64,000 nucleotides of DNA from Syntrophorhabdaceae bacterium (GCA_963665295.1 OY762209.1:4032001-4096000); one strand, 5' to 3'; counted from the stretch's first letter, positions 1-10,626 are shown. The notes: generated by a model from the letters alone, not told the origin. Made by a program: numbers and translations.

Positions 1-344
1 GGAAGCCTGCCGCCATACAAAGACATGACCAAGTGGGCGGCCTTCACCAGAGCGAGGGCGCGCCGGTTGTAGCCCAACCCCTGCCAGAGGGTCAATACGT
101 CCTTGAGGGACGCCCCGGCAAGACTCCCGAATGTGGGAAATATGTAGAGGAACTCCTCGTATTTTCCCATCACCCGGTCCACCTGGGTCTGCTGGAGCAT
201 TACTTCCGAGACAAATATATGATACGGGTCGGTAGTTCTTCTCCACGGCAATTCCCGGCCGCATCGAATATAGTAATCATACACAATCGACCGAAAACGA
301 CCGATCTCTTCCGGAGACAACGGGTTCTCGCGGCGTTCCGACAA
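1..344 (-). CDS. mutY: A/G-specific adenine glycosylase (HhH-GPD family), 5' part; runs off window
   Basis: Manual minus-strand translation (absent from ORF track): RELPWRRTTDPYHIFVSEVMLQQTQVDRV...WQGLGYNRRA; probable TTG start at 344 after AGAAGG. Confidence 0.9.
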   Translation of the reverse strand, partial: MSERRENPLSPEEIGRFRSIVYDYYIRCGRELPWRRTTDPYHIFVSEVMLQQTQVDRVMGKYEEFLYIFPTFGSLAGASLKDVLTLWQGLGYNRRALALVKAAHLVMSLYGGRL

Positions 345-352
345 GGACCTTC

Positions 353-1105
353 TCAGCGTCCCTTTACCTTGCCCTGGTCGGCTACCTTCTTCACCGCTTC
401 CTCAAGTTCGGCCGCGTCACCAAGGTACCGGTGAGAGATCGGATTGAGGTTGTCGTCAAAATCGTAGACCAGCGGCACACCGGTCGGAATATTCAGGGAT
501 GGTATGTCTTCGTCGGAGATGTTGTCGAGGTACTTGACCAGGGCACGCAAGCTGTTTCCATGCGCCACGATTATGATCTTTCTGCCTTCCCTGATATGGG
601 GGACTATCCCCTCGTGCCAGTAAGGCAGAAACCTCGCGACCGTGTCCTTCAGACTCTCGGCTGCCGGCACCTCCGAGTCCTGGAGCATTGCATACTTTTG
701 CTCCTTTCCGGGATATCTCGGGTCGGAAGGCTCCAGCGGGGGCGGAGGGACATCATAGCTCCTCCTCCAGATCCGGACCTGTTCTTCCCCGTAGTTGGCG
801 GCTGTTTCCGCCTTGTTAAGTCCCTGCAATGCACCATAGTGCCTTTCGTTCAGTCTCCACGATTTGTGCTCGGGAACCCACATGAGATCCATCTCGTCCA
901 AAGCGATCCAGAGGGTCCTCACAGCCCTCTTCAGCAGAGATGTAAAGGCCATATCAAAAACAAACCCTTCCCTCTTCAGTACCTGTCCCGCCCTCTTTGC
1001 CTCATCCACACCCTTCAAGGAGAGGTCGACGTCCGTCCAACCCGTAAACCTGTTCTCGAGGTTCCACTGACTCTCTCCGTGCCTTAAAAGGACCACCTGT
1101 ATCAT
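353..1105 (-). CDS. gpmA: 2,3-bisphosphoglycerate-dependent phosphoglycerate mutase
   Basis: [41 protein letters not shown]; start after AGGAAGG. Confidence 0.97.
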   Translation of the reverse strand: MIQVVLLRHGESQWNLENRFTGWTDVDLSLKGVDEAKRAGQVLKREGFVFDMAFTSLLKRAVRTLWIALDEMDLMWVPEHKSWRLNERHYGALQGLNKAETAANYGEEQVRIWRRSYDVPPPPLEPSDPRYPGKEQKYAMLQDSEVPAAESLKDTVARFLPYWHEGIVPHIREGRKIIIVAHGNSLRALVKYLDNISDEDIPSLNIPTGVPLVYDFDDNLNPISHRYLGDAAELEEAVKKVADQGKVKGR

Positions 1106-1371
1106 AATCACCTTCCTTAAAGAAATTCGCTGCACAATAATCTATTACAAAATATTCCCCCATGAAAGAGCATTCTTACGGAAAGAGGGGCTGAAAGGAC
1201 GACAATTTGTGTGTCCCTCACGGGAAGGGTGAAGGAAATATCCATCCACCCATAAATGCTCCGTCCTTTTTCCTGTCTTAGACAGTTACTGTTTTTTCTG
1301 ATAGTCTATATGTAGACCGGCCCGGGAACCCACCTTGCCCGTGGACCGACAAACGGAGGCTTATATAAACA

Positions 1372-1860
1372 ATGAACGGACTCCTCCCCTGCTACGAAAA
1401 ATGTTTCTTTTGCGGACCCGCCACAGGGGGTCTCGCCCTGGAACTTGCCTACGAAGATGGACAGGCGGTGTGTGATTTTACGGCCGACCAACGATTTCAG
1501 GGTTACGACGGCATGCTCCACGGCGGCATCGTAACCGGGGTCCTTGACGAAGTCATGTGGTGGACCCTCTTTATGCAGACGCGACAAGTTGCAGCCACCT
1601 GGAAAATAGAGGTCGAATTTCGCAGGCCCGTCACCTGCGGAAAACCGTATCGCGCCTCCGCACAGTTCATCCAGTCCGCTCACGGTTCGTATTCCCTCAC
1701 CGCCCGCATCGAGGACTCCGAAAAGCGTCCATGCGCGAAGGGGACCGGGACTTTCAGAAGGACCAGAGGCTTCACTCTGGAAGATGTGGTTAAGCTCCTT
1801 GACTTCAGGGGCGTATCTCACGAATTACGGGCTCTCTTTCGCGGCCCCCAATCCCCATGA
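1372..1860 (+). CDS. PaaI/hotdog-fold thioesterase
   Basis: CFFCG N-terminus; GYDGMLHGGIVTGVLDE motif; GGAGG RBS. Confidence 0.85.
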   Translation: MNGLLPCYEKCFFCGPATGGLALELAYEDGQAVCDFTADQRFQGYDGMLHGGIVTGVLDEVMWWTLFMQTRQVAATWKIEVEFRRPVTCGKPYRASAQFIQSAHGSYSLTARIEDSEKRPCAKGTGTFRRTRGFTLEDVVKLLDFRGVSHELRALFRGPQSP

Positions 1861-1979
1861 AATCCGGAGCTTGTTCATTCCCATCATATAGAGCATATGT
1901 GTGGGCCGGATAAAAATTATCCTTTTCACCTGTCTTTTGTTGTGCTAGAATATAATCAATACTTGTGGGGAGGCGCGTA

Positions 1980-2246
1980 ATGAAGATAGAGAGCAGTTTC
2001 ACGACAATCATCGGTTCAAATCAGCCAAAATCGGTGCGTGAGCGTCAATCCGCCGGCAAGGACGGAGGAAACAAGGACATCCGGGACGACGTCGATCTCA
2101 CCGTTATGGACTTGTCCGCCAGGTCGACCCCTATCACTTCTTACAGTGAGGCCTTCGACCTCGCAAAAAACATCGACTCCCGCAGAGCCGGGGATGCCCA
2201 CACTTTCTCAGGGGAAACTGCGGCTCGCTTGACGAGTCTCATCTAA
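1980..2246 (+). CDS. hypothetical protein (88 aa)
   Basis: GGGAGG RBS before ATG 1980; TGCTAGAAT extended -10 upstream. Confidence 0.6.
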   Translation: MKIESSFTTIIGSNQPKSVRERQSAGKDGGNKDIRDDVDLTVMDLSARSTPITSYSEAFDLAKNIDSRRAGDAHTFSGETAARLTSLI

Positions 2247-2582
2247 CTCCCGCCGTAAGGCGGTTCTCGGGGGTACGCAAAAACCAGCCTCTTTCAAAGA
2301 CGCCCGCACGGGGTTCGTCGTATTCATCCGGGGTCATCTCTTTCATCACTGAATGTTTTATCGTCCGGGTATTTATTTTCTTAAACCGTAAGTATCTTTT
2401 TTCCCCCGCGCCTGTTCCCTTCGCGTCGGGAAGTCCCGTGGACGCTCGGATCTTTGTCATGATCTGCCTTACGTATTTGTATTGACTTTTTTCAGGCCAT
2501 GCATTCAAATAGAGTTATAATGTCTCATTTTACCACCAGGCGGCACCAGAAAGTCCGGTGGATCGCGGATGGCGGAGATCGG

Positions 2583-3263
2583 ATGAATAGACTGATAGCG
2601 GTCGTGGATGATGAGCCTGACATCGTGGAACTGGTGTCTCTTAATCTCACGAGGGCGGGCTTTAGAGTAAAGGGGTTCTCTGAGGCGGCCTCCTTCCTGG
2701 CCTCTCTCCCATCCGAGGTTCCCGACCTCATAATACTCGATCTCATGCTGCCCGACACGGACGGGCTCGAAACATGCAAGTACCTGAAGGGCCATGAGAA
2801 ATATACCTCTATCCCCATCATCATGCTTACCGCGAGAAGTGAGGAGACCGAGAAGGTGCTGGGGCTTGAACTGGGCGCCGACGATTATGTAACCAAGCCC
2901 TTCTCTCCCAGGGAACTGGTGGCCAGGGTGAAAGCGGTTTTGCGAAGGCCCGAGCAACGCCATGAGAGCGCGAAGTTGTTCGTGGGCAACCTGATGATTA
3001 TCGATCTCGAAAGGTTCGAAGTCATGGTGGAGGGCAGAAAAATAGATCTTACGCCCACGGAATTCAGGATTCTCCAGCTTCTTTCCACGAGAAAGGGTTG
3101 GGTCCATTCACGAGACCAGATCCTCGACTTTCTCTGGGGACGGGATAAAACCGTTATCGACAGAACGATCGATGTTCACATCAGACACCTGAGAGACAAG
3201 CTGGGCAACGCCGCCCCCCTCGTCAAGAATGTTCGGGGCGTAGGGTACAAAGTAGAAGAATGA
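2583..3263 (+). CDS. phoB: phosphate regulon response regulator (OmpR/PhoB family)
   Basis: VVDDE, LDLMLP, KPFSPREL, RTIDVHIRHLR; upstream of histidine kinase and pst genes. Confidence 0.9.
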   Translation: MNRLIAVVDDEPDIVELVSLNLTRAGFRVKGFSEAASFLASLPSEVPDLIILDLMLPDTDGLETCKYLKGHEKYTSIPIIMLTARSEETEKVLGLELGADDYVTKPFSPRELVARVKAVLRRPEQRHESAKLFVGNLMIIDLERFEVMVEGRKIDLTPTEFRILQLLSTRKGWVHSRDQILDFLWGRDKTVIDRTIDVHIRHLRDKLGNAAPLVKNVRGVGYKVEE

Positions 3264-5008
3264 GAAGGTCCATCTTTGCCAAGATCTTCGGCGGGTATGT
3301 TCTCGTCACCGTTATCCTGTCGGGCCTTATCCTTGCCTTTTCCTTTGCAGGCATTCGCGATTTCTATGTCGATGGCGAGACGGAGAGCCTGAAAAATCTC
3401 GGAACGGCCCTGGATACCAGCGCAATCCCTCTGGTCGCTGCAGGGAACCACCTCGAACTCGACCGGCTTGTGAAGAAAGTGGGAAAAGAGACACATACGA
3501 GAATCACCGTTGTTGCCCCCGACGGCCGGGTCCTCGCGGATTCGGAAACCAATCCCGAAAACATGGAAAACCACAGAACAAGGACGGAAGTGGCACAGGC
3601 CCTCGACGGAAATACAGGCAGGTTCCTCCGCCTGAGCGGCACCCTGAAGGAAGAGATGCTCTATATCGCGTTGCCCATGAAACACGAGGGCCGGATAATA
3701 GGTGTCCTCCGGCTGAGCCTTTTTCTAAAACAAATGAACGACGCCATGAACCGGTTCAGGGTTAAAATCGCGGAGATCACCGTCACCATTCTCGGTTTTT
3801 CCCTCCTCATCGCCCTCGCCTTTTCGAGAAGCCTCTCAAGGCCCATCAAAGAACTAAGTGCGGCTTCCAGGAAGGTCGCGGGCCAGGACTTCAATGTGAG
3901 GGTCTTTCTCAGGAATCACGACGAACTCAAGGAACTCGCGGACAGTTTCAACTCCATGGTTTCGCATACAAGGTCTCTCTTTGCTGAACTCACGCACCAG
4001 AAGGAAGAGCTCACCAGCATCATCTCTTCCCTGCAGGAAGGTCTGCTTGTTTTGGACCGTAACGACAAGCTGTTGCTGAGTAATGAGAGTTTTAAACGCC
4101 TCACTTCGGGCCTCGCCTCGGAAGGGGACTTCTATTGGGAGATATTCAGGGAGCCTCAATTTGACGAACTCATAAGAAAAGTACGAAGTTCTCGTCAGAA
4201 CCGGGAGGACGAGATCGAATTCAGCAAGAGGATCTTCCTCTGCAGCGCCACCTTCCTCGAATCAGAGGGCGAGGTAGCGGTGGTCTTTCATGATATCACG
4301 CAGATAAAGAACCTGGAGCAGATCAAAACGGACTTTGTCCTCAATGTCTCTCATGAGCTGAGAACACCCCTGACCGCGATCAAAGGTTTCGCGGAGACCC
4401 TCGAAGAAGTAGTAGAAGATGACGAAGCAAGGCACTACGTGGACATAATCTCACGAAACGCCGACAGGCTCATGAATATCATTACCGACCTTCTTACCCT
4501 CTCCAGCCTTGAAGCAAAGGGTGCCCAACCCCAGTTCACCGAAGTGAATCTCAAAGACCTTGCGGAGAATGTACTCAAAATATTCACTCACCCCGTGAAA
4601 GAGAAGAACCTGCGCATGACGCTCATGGCGGATGACGCGCTCCCCACCATTGAGGCAGACCCCTTCAAGCTTGAACAAATGTTCATCAACCTCGTGGACA
4701 ACGCGGTGAAGTACTCCGAGCAGGGAGGCATCGAAATTACGCTGAAGCAGGCAAAAGAAGGAATCGTTATTGCCGTGAAAGACACGGGCATCGGCATACC
4801 GCACGACTCCCTGGCGCGCATATTCGAGCGGTTCTACGTGGTGGACAAGTCCCGCTCCAAAAGGATGGGGGGCACGGGACTCGGTCTCTCTATCGTCAAA
4901 CACGTAGTCATGCTCCATCACGGCTCAATTGAAGTGGACAGCTCCGTGGGCCTCGGGACCACTTTCACCGTCACCCTTCCGGAACACGGTTCCGGCCAAT
5001 CATCTTAA
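3260..5008 (+). CDS. phoR: phosphate regulon sensor histidine kinase (HAMP-PAS-HisKA-HATPase)
   Basis: SHELRTPLTAIKG H-box, NLVDNAVKY, DTGIGI, GGTGLGLSIVKH; two TM segments. Confidence 0.92.
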   Translation: MRRSIFAKIFGGYVLVTVILSGLILAFSFAGIRDFYVDGETESLKNLGTALDTSAIPLVAAGNHLELDRLVKKVGKETHTRITVVAPDGRVLADSETNPENMENHRTRTEVAQALDGNTGRFLRLSGTLKEEMLYIALPMKHEGRIIGVLRLSLFLKQMNDAMNRFRVKIAEITVTILGFSLLIALAFSRSLSRPIKELSAASRKVAGQDFNVRVFLRNHDELKELADSFNSMVSHTRSLFAELTHQKEELTSIISSLQEGLLVLDRNDKLLLSNESFKRLTSGLASEGDFYWEIFREPQFDELIRKVRSSRQNREDEIEFSKRIFLCSATFLESEGEVAVVFHDITQIKNLEQIKTDFVLNVSHELRTPLTAIKGFAETLEEVVEDDEARHYVDIISRNADRLMNIITDLLTLSSLEAKGAQPQFTEVNLKDLAENVLKIFTHPVKEKNLRMTLMADDALPTIEADPFKLEQMFINLVDNAVKYSEQGGIEITLKQAKEGIVIAVKDTGIGIPHDSLARIFERFYVVDKSRSKRMGGTGLGLSIVKHVVMLHHGSIEVDSSVGLGTTFTVTLPEHGSGQSS

Positions 5009-5043
5009 CGCAATATTGACAATTCATTAATAGAAACATAACG
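5005..5043 (+). promoter_or_regulatory. Pho box: four hexamer direct repeats at 11-bp period upstream of pstS
   Basis: TTAACG 5005, TTGACA 5016, TTAATA 5027, ATAACG 5038. Confidence 0.75.
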
Positions 5044-5145
5044 TACACCATGTAGAGTATGTCAACCTTTTGAAGGACACATTACCTCCGTCCCCATAGG
5101 TTCGACAAAGGCATCATTATTGAAATCAGCAAGGAGGTGCACCTG

Positions 5146-6195
5146 ATGAAGCGTTTTCCAGGAATTGTCTTGTTGGCTCTCGCCATGACATTTGCCTTCC
5201 CCTATTCCGGGTGGTCCTCGGGCCAGGAGCTTCTCGGGGCCGGGGCAACCTTTCCTCAACCCCTCTACTCAAAGCTATTCGACGCGTACAACCAACAGTA
5301 CGGCGTGAAGGTGAACTACCAGGGAATCGGTTCCGGGGGCGGAATCAACCAACTGATAAAAAGGACCGTGGATTTCGGGGGAACCGACGCGTTTATGACC
5401 CCGAAGGAACTCAAAGATGCGGGCGCCCTCGTCTCCCATATCCCCACGTGCGTCGGGGCCGTAGTCGTAACCTACAACCTTCCGGGAAATCCAAAACTCA
5501 AGTTTACCGCGGACGTGGTAGCCGACATCTTCCTCGGCAAGATAGCGAAGTGGAACGACCCGCGAATTGCCGCACTCAATCCGGATGCTACCCTTCCCAA
5601 TAAGGCCGTCAGCGTCGTCCACCGGGCCGATGGAAGCGGTACCACATACGTCTTCAGCGAATATTTGAGCAAAGCGAACAATGACTGGAAAAAAAAGATG
5701 GGAACAGGGAAATCCCTCAACTGGCCGTCGGGACAGATCGGTCAAAAGGGAAATCCCGGTGTGGCGGGATATGTAAAACAGACACCGGGCGGAATTGGGT
5801 ATATAGAGCTGATCTATGCGCTTCAGAACAAGATGGTCTATGGAGTTCTCAAAAACAGGGCGGGCAGGTTCGTGGAACCCACCACGAAATCCGTGAGCGC
5901 CGCGGCGGATGTCAGGATTCCCGAAAATACAAACGCCTCCCTCACCGATACTGAGGCCTCCGAAGGGTATCCCATAAGCAGCTTCACGTGGGTCATATTC
6001 TACAAAGAACAAGATTACAGCGGAAGATCGAAGGAAAAAGCCGAGGCCCTCGGCAAGCTTATGAGATGGATAGTCGGTGACGGACAAAGATATGTGGAGC
6101 CGCTTCAATATTCGCCCCTTCCCAGGGAGGCCGTTGCGAAGGCGCAGAAAATCATACAGTCAATGACCTATAAAGGCGCGCCTCTCATGAAATAG
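5146..6195 (+). CDS. pstS: phosphate ABC transporter substrate-binding protein
   Basis: GAGATFP, NYQGIGSGGG, DFGGTD, HRADGSGTT; signal peptide; AAGGAGG RBS. Confidence 0.96.
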   Translation: MKRFPGIVLLALAMTFAFPYSGWSSGQELLGAGATFPQPLYSKLFDAYNQQYGVKVNYQGIGSGGGINQLIKRTVDFGGTDAFMTPKELKDAGALVSHIPTCVGAVVVTYNLPGNPKLKFTADVVADIFLGKIAKWNDPRIAALNPDATLPNKAVSVVHRADGSGTTYVFSEYLSKANNDWKKKMGTGKSLNWPSGQIGQKGNPGVAGYVKQTPGGIGYIELIYALQNKMVYGVLKNRAGRFVEPTTKSVSAAADVRIPENTNASLTDTEASEGYPISSFTWVIFYKEQDYSGRSKEKAEALGKLMRWIVGDGQRYVEPLQYSPLPREAVAKAQKIIQSMTYKGAPLMK

Positions 6196-6207
6196 GCGCC
6201 CTTTTCG

Positions 6208-6234
6208 CCCGGACAAAGGGACTCCTTGTCCGGG
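6208..6234 (+). terminator. stem-loop after pstS (attenuating/mRNA-stabilising)
   Basis: CCCGGACAA / TTGTCCGGG 9-bp inverted repeat; no strong U-tract. Confidence 0.5.
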
Positions 6235-6309
6235 TCATTGAAAACCACGGCGCGGAGCCCTATGTTTCCTGAAGAGAAACACCATTTTCCCGGCCCCATG
6301 GGAGTTATG

Positions 6310-6732
6310 ATGGCAAAAAAGAAAAAGGTACTTTTCCTGTGCACCCACAATTCAGCCCGCTCACAGATGGCGGAGGGCTGGCTCAATCACCTTTACGGCG
6401 ACCGGTACGACGCGTTCAGCGCCGGCATGGAACCGCGGGAGGTGCACATCTACGCCATTGAGGCCATGAAAGAAGCGGGCGTAGATATAACCTCGCACCG
6501 TTCAAAGGGCGTCGAAGAATTCGCAGATACACTTTTCGATCTCGTCGTCACGGTATGCGACAATGCGAAGGAAGCCTGTCCCTATTTTCCCGGCCCGGGA
6601 CGCCGCCTTCACCAGAGCTTTTCCGACCCGGCCGCCCTACCCGGTCCCGGACACGTTCAATTAACCGCTTTCAGAAGGGTGAGGGATGAAATACGTGAGT
6701 GGGTCGAAAGGGAGTTTCGCGATAATGACTGA
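6310..6732 (+). CDS. arsC: thioredoxin-type arsenate reductase (LMW-PTP fold)
   Basis: LFLCTHNSARSQMAEG P-loop and VTVCDNAKEACPYFPG resolving cysteines. Confidence 0.85.
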   Translation: MAKKKKVLFLCTHNSARSQMAEGWLNHLYGDRYDAFSAGMEPREVHIYAIEAMKEAGVDITSHRSKGVEEFADTLFDLVVTVCDNAKEACPYFPGPGRRLHQSFSDPAALPGPGHVQLTAFRRVRDEIREWVEREFRDND

Positions 6733-7645
6733 TAATTGCGGCCATCCCCGGCCGGTTTACATCGACAAATCCGAAAAGAGATTCACCGCGGTTCTCGTCA
6801 TTTCGGCTCTCTTCATGGTCATACTGCTCCTCGCCGTGTTCTTCACCCTTCTCGTCTCATCCATACCCGCTATCAAGGCCTTTGGGACCGGATTCCTCTA
6901 CGGAAAAACATGGGACCCCACCACGGACACTTTCGGAGCCCTCCCTTTTCTCGCCGGCACATTGCTTACATCTTTCCTTGCCCTCGCGTTGTCAATACCT
7001 TTTTCTATAAGCATTTCCCTATTCCTCGGTGAATACCTGAGAGAGGGACCCGTGCCTGCCTTCCTGAAGAGCGCCGTTGAAGTCCTTGCGGGCATCCCTT
7101 CAGTCATTTACGGGCTGTGGGGGTTGTTCTTCCTCGTACCCATGATAAGGTCCCTGGGAACAATGTTCGGAGTCACTCTGCCCGGCGTGGGTGTCTTCAC
7201 TTCAGCCCTCATTCTTGCCATTATGGTAATCCCCTTTTCGGCGTCCATCGGGAGGGAAGTGATAACCCTCGTCCCGGCGGACCTGAAGGAAGCGGCATAC
7301 TCCCTGGGAGCAACCCGGTTTGAAGTGATAAAGACGGTCACCATCCCCTATGCCCGTTCAGGCATCATTGCCGGCATACTCCTCGCGTTAGGAAGGGCCA
7401 TCGGAGAGACGATGGCCGTAACCATGCTCATAGGCAACAGCAACTTTCTGCCCACAAGTCTCTTCGGCCCCGCTAATACCATGGCAAGCGTCATAGCCAA
7501 CGAATTTGCCGAGGCAACGGGCCTGACATTATCGTCCCTCGTGTGCGTCGGACTCGTCCTCTTCTTTGTCACCACCATCGTCAACATAGCAGGGAACTTC
7601 GTGATAAAGAAAACCAGCATAGAGGCGTCAAGGGAGGCGGGATGA
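6725..7645 (+). CDS. pstC: phosphate ABC transporter permease
   Basis: LAGIPSVIYGLWG, EAAYSLGAT, GRAIGETMAV. Confidence 0.95.
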   Translation: MTDNCGHPRPVYIDKSEKRFTAVLVISALFMVILLLAVFFTLLVSSIPAIKAFGTGFLYGKTWDPTTDTFGALPFLAGTLLTSFLALALSIPFSISISLFLGEYLREGPVPAFLKSAVEVLAGIPSVIYGLWGLFFLVPMIRSLGTMFGVTLPGVGVFTSALILAIMVIPFSASIGREVITLVPADLKEAAYSLGATRFEVIKTVTIPYARSGIIAGILLALGRAIGETMAVTMLIGNSNFLPTSLFGPANTMASVIANEFAEATGLTLSSLVCVGLVLFFVTTIVNIAGNFVIKKTSIEASREAG

Positions 7646-8490
7646 CGGGCGGTCATATAAAGGCAAGGATTGCGAAAGACACTGTCTTCAAGGCCGCAGT
7701 GATGGTTCTCGCAGTGGTTTCCCTGTTGCCTCTGTTCCTTATCCTCTATTACATTACGCGCAACGGCATATCAGTGATAAACTGGGGATTTCTCACCACC
7801 CTGCCCCGTCCCATCGGGGAGACGGGAGGAGGCATTTACAATGCCATCATCGGCACGATATACCTGATTATCCTTTCGAGCGCGTTTTCCATACCTCTCG
7901 GCATCACCACGGGTATATACCTGTCGGAGAGAAAGGCAGGGAACCTCGCAGAATTGGTTCGCCTCTCCGTGGTAGTCCTCCAGGGGACCCCTTCCATAGT
8001 AATCGGCATTATCGCCTATACGTGGGTAGTTGCGCCTATCCACGCCTTTTCAGCCCTGTCGGGCGGCATCGCCCTCAGTATCATGATGCTGCCGGTTATC
8101 ATCAAGACCACCGAAGAGACCCTCAAACTGGTTCCCTACCACCTCAAAGAAGCATCCCTTGCCCTTGGCGTCCCCTATTACAGGACCATCCTGAAGGTAA
8201 TACTCCCTTCAGGATTGACAAGCATATTGACGGGCGTACTGTTGAGCGTTGCCCGCATCACGGGCGAGACAGCCCCCCTTCTCTTCACTGCCTTCGGCAA
8301 TCAGTTCATGAACTATAGTATATTCAAACCCATAGATTCCCTGCCCTACCGCATATTCTATTATGCCATGAGTCCCTACCCCGAGTGGCATGCCTTCGCG
8401 TGGGGAGCATCGTTCATTCTCGTCATTCTGGTCCTTGGTCTGAATCTTGTCGCAAGGGGGTTGGCGGTTAGGTGGAAAGTACAATTCTAA
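7642..8490 (+). CDS. pstA: phosphate ABC transporter permease
   Basis: [30 protein letters not shown] overlap with pstC. Confidence 0.95.
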   Translation: MTGGHIKARIAKDTVFKAAVMVLAVVSLLPLFLILYYITRNGISVINWGFLTTLPRPIGETGGGIYNAIIGTIYLIILSSAFSIPLGITTGIYLSERKAGNLAELVRLSVVVLQGTPSIVIGIIAYTWVVAPIHAFSALSGGIALSIMMLPVIIKTTEETLKLVPYHLKEASLALGVPYYRTILKVILPSGLTSILTGVLLSVARITGETAPLLFTAFGNQFMNYSIFKPIDSLPYRIFYYAMSPYPEWHAFAWGASFILVILVLGLNLVARGLAVRWKVQF

Positions 8491-9230
8491 GAGTGGAAGA
8501 CTTCTGCGCCTTTTTCGGCGAGAACCGGATTCTGAACGACATTAACCTCGCGACGAGGAACAATGTCGTAACCGCCTTGATGGGTCCTTCCGGATGCGGG
8601 AAGACCACGCTCATCAGGTGCGTTAACCGCATGCACGAACTGATTCCGGGGGCTCATGTGAGCGGCCGGATACACCTCAGAGGCAAGGACATCTATGCCA
8701 TGGAGCCGATCGTGCTGAGAAGACAGATAGGCATGGTCTTCCAGAAACCGAATCCCTTCCCCACCATGAGCATATACGATAACGTAATAGCCGGTTACAA
8801 ACTGAACGGCATAAAGGTGCCTAAAACCGATCTCGACAGCGTCGTCGAGCAGTCACTCAGAAGCGCGGCACTGTGGGGCGAAGTCAAAGACTCGCTCCAC
8901 AGGAAGGGGACATTCCTGTCCGGAGGCCAGCAACAGAGGCTTTGCATCGCGAGGGCATTAGCCATGAAACCCGAAATACTGCTCCTCGACGAGCCTACCT
9001 CCGCCCTTGACCCCATGTCCACGACCCATATAGAGGAATTGATCGTAGCTCTCAAGGAAAATGTCACCATGCTCCTTGTCACCCACAATATAGCCCAGGC
9101 GGCAAGAGTATCCGACTATACAGCCTTTCTCTACCTTGGAGAGCTTGTCGAATTCGGTCCCACCGACAAGATGTTCACCGTACCCAAAGACAAGCGGACT
9201 GAAGAATACCTGACAGGCAAATTCGGATAG
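8472..9230 (+). CDS. pstB: phosphate ABC transporter ATP-binding protein
   Basis: [41 protein letters not shown]. Confidence 0.97.
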   Translation: MESTILRVEDFCAFFGENRILNDINLATRNNVVTALMGPSGCGKTTLIRCVNRMHELIPGAHVSGRIHLRGKDIYAMEPIVLRRQIGMVFQKPNPFPTMSIYDNVIAGYKLNGIKVPKTDLDSVVEQSLRSAALWGEVKDSLHRKGTFLSGGQQQRLCIARALAMKPEILLLDEPTSALDPMSTTHIEELIVALKENVTMLLVTHNIAQAARVSDYTAFLYLGELVEFGPTDKMFTVPKDKRTEEYLTGKFG

Positions 9231-9240
9231 GAGGAGACAT

Positions 9241-9897
9241 ATGCTTGACGAGCGGATCAATGACCTGAGAAAGGAGCTTATAGAATACGGCGCCTTCGTG
9301 GAGAAGATGATCGAGAAGAGTATTCGTGGGCTGCTTCAGAAAAGCAAGAGCCTTCTCTCTCAGGTAATCGACGAGGACGAACCGAGGGCTAATGAATTCG
9401 AGATACGCCTCGATGAGTTGTGCACTTCCATGATCGCCAAATTCCAGCCCAAGGCCAAGGACCTGAGGACGATCCTCATGGTACTCAAGATGAACAACGA
9501 CATGGAGCGAATGGCGGATCACGCGGTAAACATCAGCGAGAATGCCCTGTTCCTGATAACCCGGCCGAGCCTAAAACCACTGATCGACATACCCAGAATT
9601 GCGGAAAACGCAATGAGCATGGTCAGAGACAGCATCAACTCCTTCGTGATCGAGGATGCCCGTCTCGCGAGGTCGGTATGTGAGAGAGACAGCATTGTCG
9701 ACGCGCTTCTCGATCAGGTATTGAGGGAACTGATCACCCATATGGCGGCAAACCCCAAGACTATTGAACGGGCGATGCGGCTCATCGCCGTCGCCCGAAA
9801 CCTGGAGAGGATCGCAGACCTCTCCACGAACATCGGTGAGGACGTAATCTTTATGGTTCAGGGGAAAGTTATCAAACACCACCGAAACACAAACTGA
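9241..9897 (+). CDS. phoU: phosphate signalling protein PhoU
   Basis: QPKAKDLR, DMERMADHAVNI, LERIADLSTNI. Confidence 0.95.
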   Translation: MLDERINDLRKELIEYGAFVEKMIEKSIRGLLQKSKSLLSQVIDEDEPRANEFEIRLDELCTSMIAKFQPKAKDLRTILMVLKMNNDMERMADHAVNISENALFLITRPSLKPLIDIPRIAENAMSMVRDSINSFVIEDARLARSVCERDSIVDALLDQVLRELITHMAANPKTIERAMRLIAVARNLERIADLSTNIGEDVIFMVQGKVIKHHRNTN

Positions 9898-10058
9898 CCG
9901 GCGGCATGCCGATGTGAAGCCGCGCCCCATATCTGCAATGAGACATGTCTCGTTGAGTCGGACACGGCACGGGAACCCCGGTCCTTATGAGCGTGCTGCA
10001 CTCGGAATGCCACGGCAGGAAACAATACGACGTGCCGTTTTCGCGGCCCATCGTACCG

Positions 10059-10619
10059 TCATAAATCAGAGTTCCATTTGTTATAGATGCTCATCGCCTT
10101 TTCTTTACCTTCAAAGATAAACACGTGCGCCGCCTCGGCCGCCCTGTCCAGGGCATCGGCCAGGGCCTCGAGTTCATCTGCTTTGAACCGGGAAAGCACG
10201 TAGTCTTCCGGCGCCATGCCGGGGTCTCTTCCGATTCCGATCTTCATTCTGTAAAAAAGAGGCGATTGAAGGGATTCAATAACGGACCGCACGCCTTTAT
10301 GGCCTGCATCCCTTCCATTCCATTTAATCTTCAGCTTACCAAACTCCATGTCCAGATCGTCCTGGACAAGAAGCATATTTTCCAATGAAACTCCTGTCTT
10401 CTTAACCAGTTGCGAAACAGGACCCCCGGAAAGGTTCATAAAGGTGTCGGGTTTTGCGAGGACCACGTCGTCAAAGGTGCCCACTTTGCATCCGCACATC
10501 TTCTTATTGACGGGGACGCGGTATTTCTCGGAAAACCTGTCGATTACCAGATGGCCGATATTATGCCGCGTGTGAGCGTATCCACTCCCCTTATTGCCGA
10601 GTCCGCATAGAAGGAACAA
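10059..10619 (-). CDS. pth: peptidyl-tRNA hydrolase
   Basis: GLGN...TRHNIG, KPDTFMNLSG, DDLD; follows rplY; probable TTG start. Confidence 0.92.
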   Translation of the reverse strand: MFLLCGLGNKGSGYAHTRHNIGHLVIDRFSEKYRVPVNKKMCGCKVGTFDDVVLAKPDTFMNLSGGPVSQLVKKTGVSLENMLLVQDDLDMEFGKLKIKWNGRDAGHKGVRSVIESLQSPLFYRMKIGIGRDPGMAPEDYVLSRFKADELEALADALDRAAEAAHVFIFEGKEKAMSIYNKWNSDL

Positions 10620-10626
10620 AAATATC

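Noticed and set aside
33..434. Plus-strand 133-aa ORF
   Set aside because: Antisense shadow of mutY/gpmA; the minus strand carries clear MutY motifs
2239..2508. 89-aa minus-strand ORF upstream of phoB
   Set aside because: No RBS or motif; covers the probable phoB promoter region
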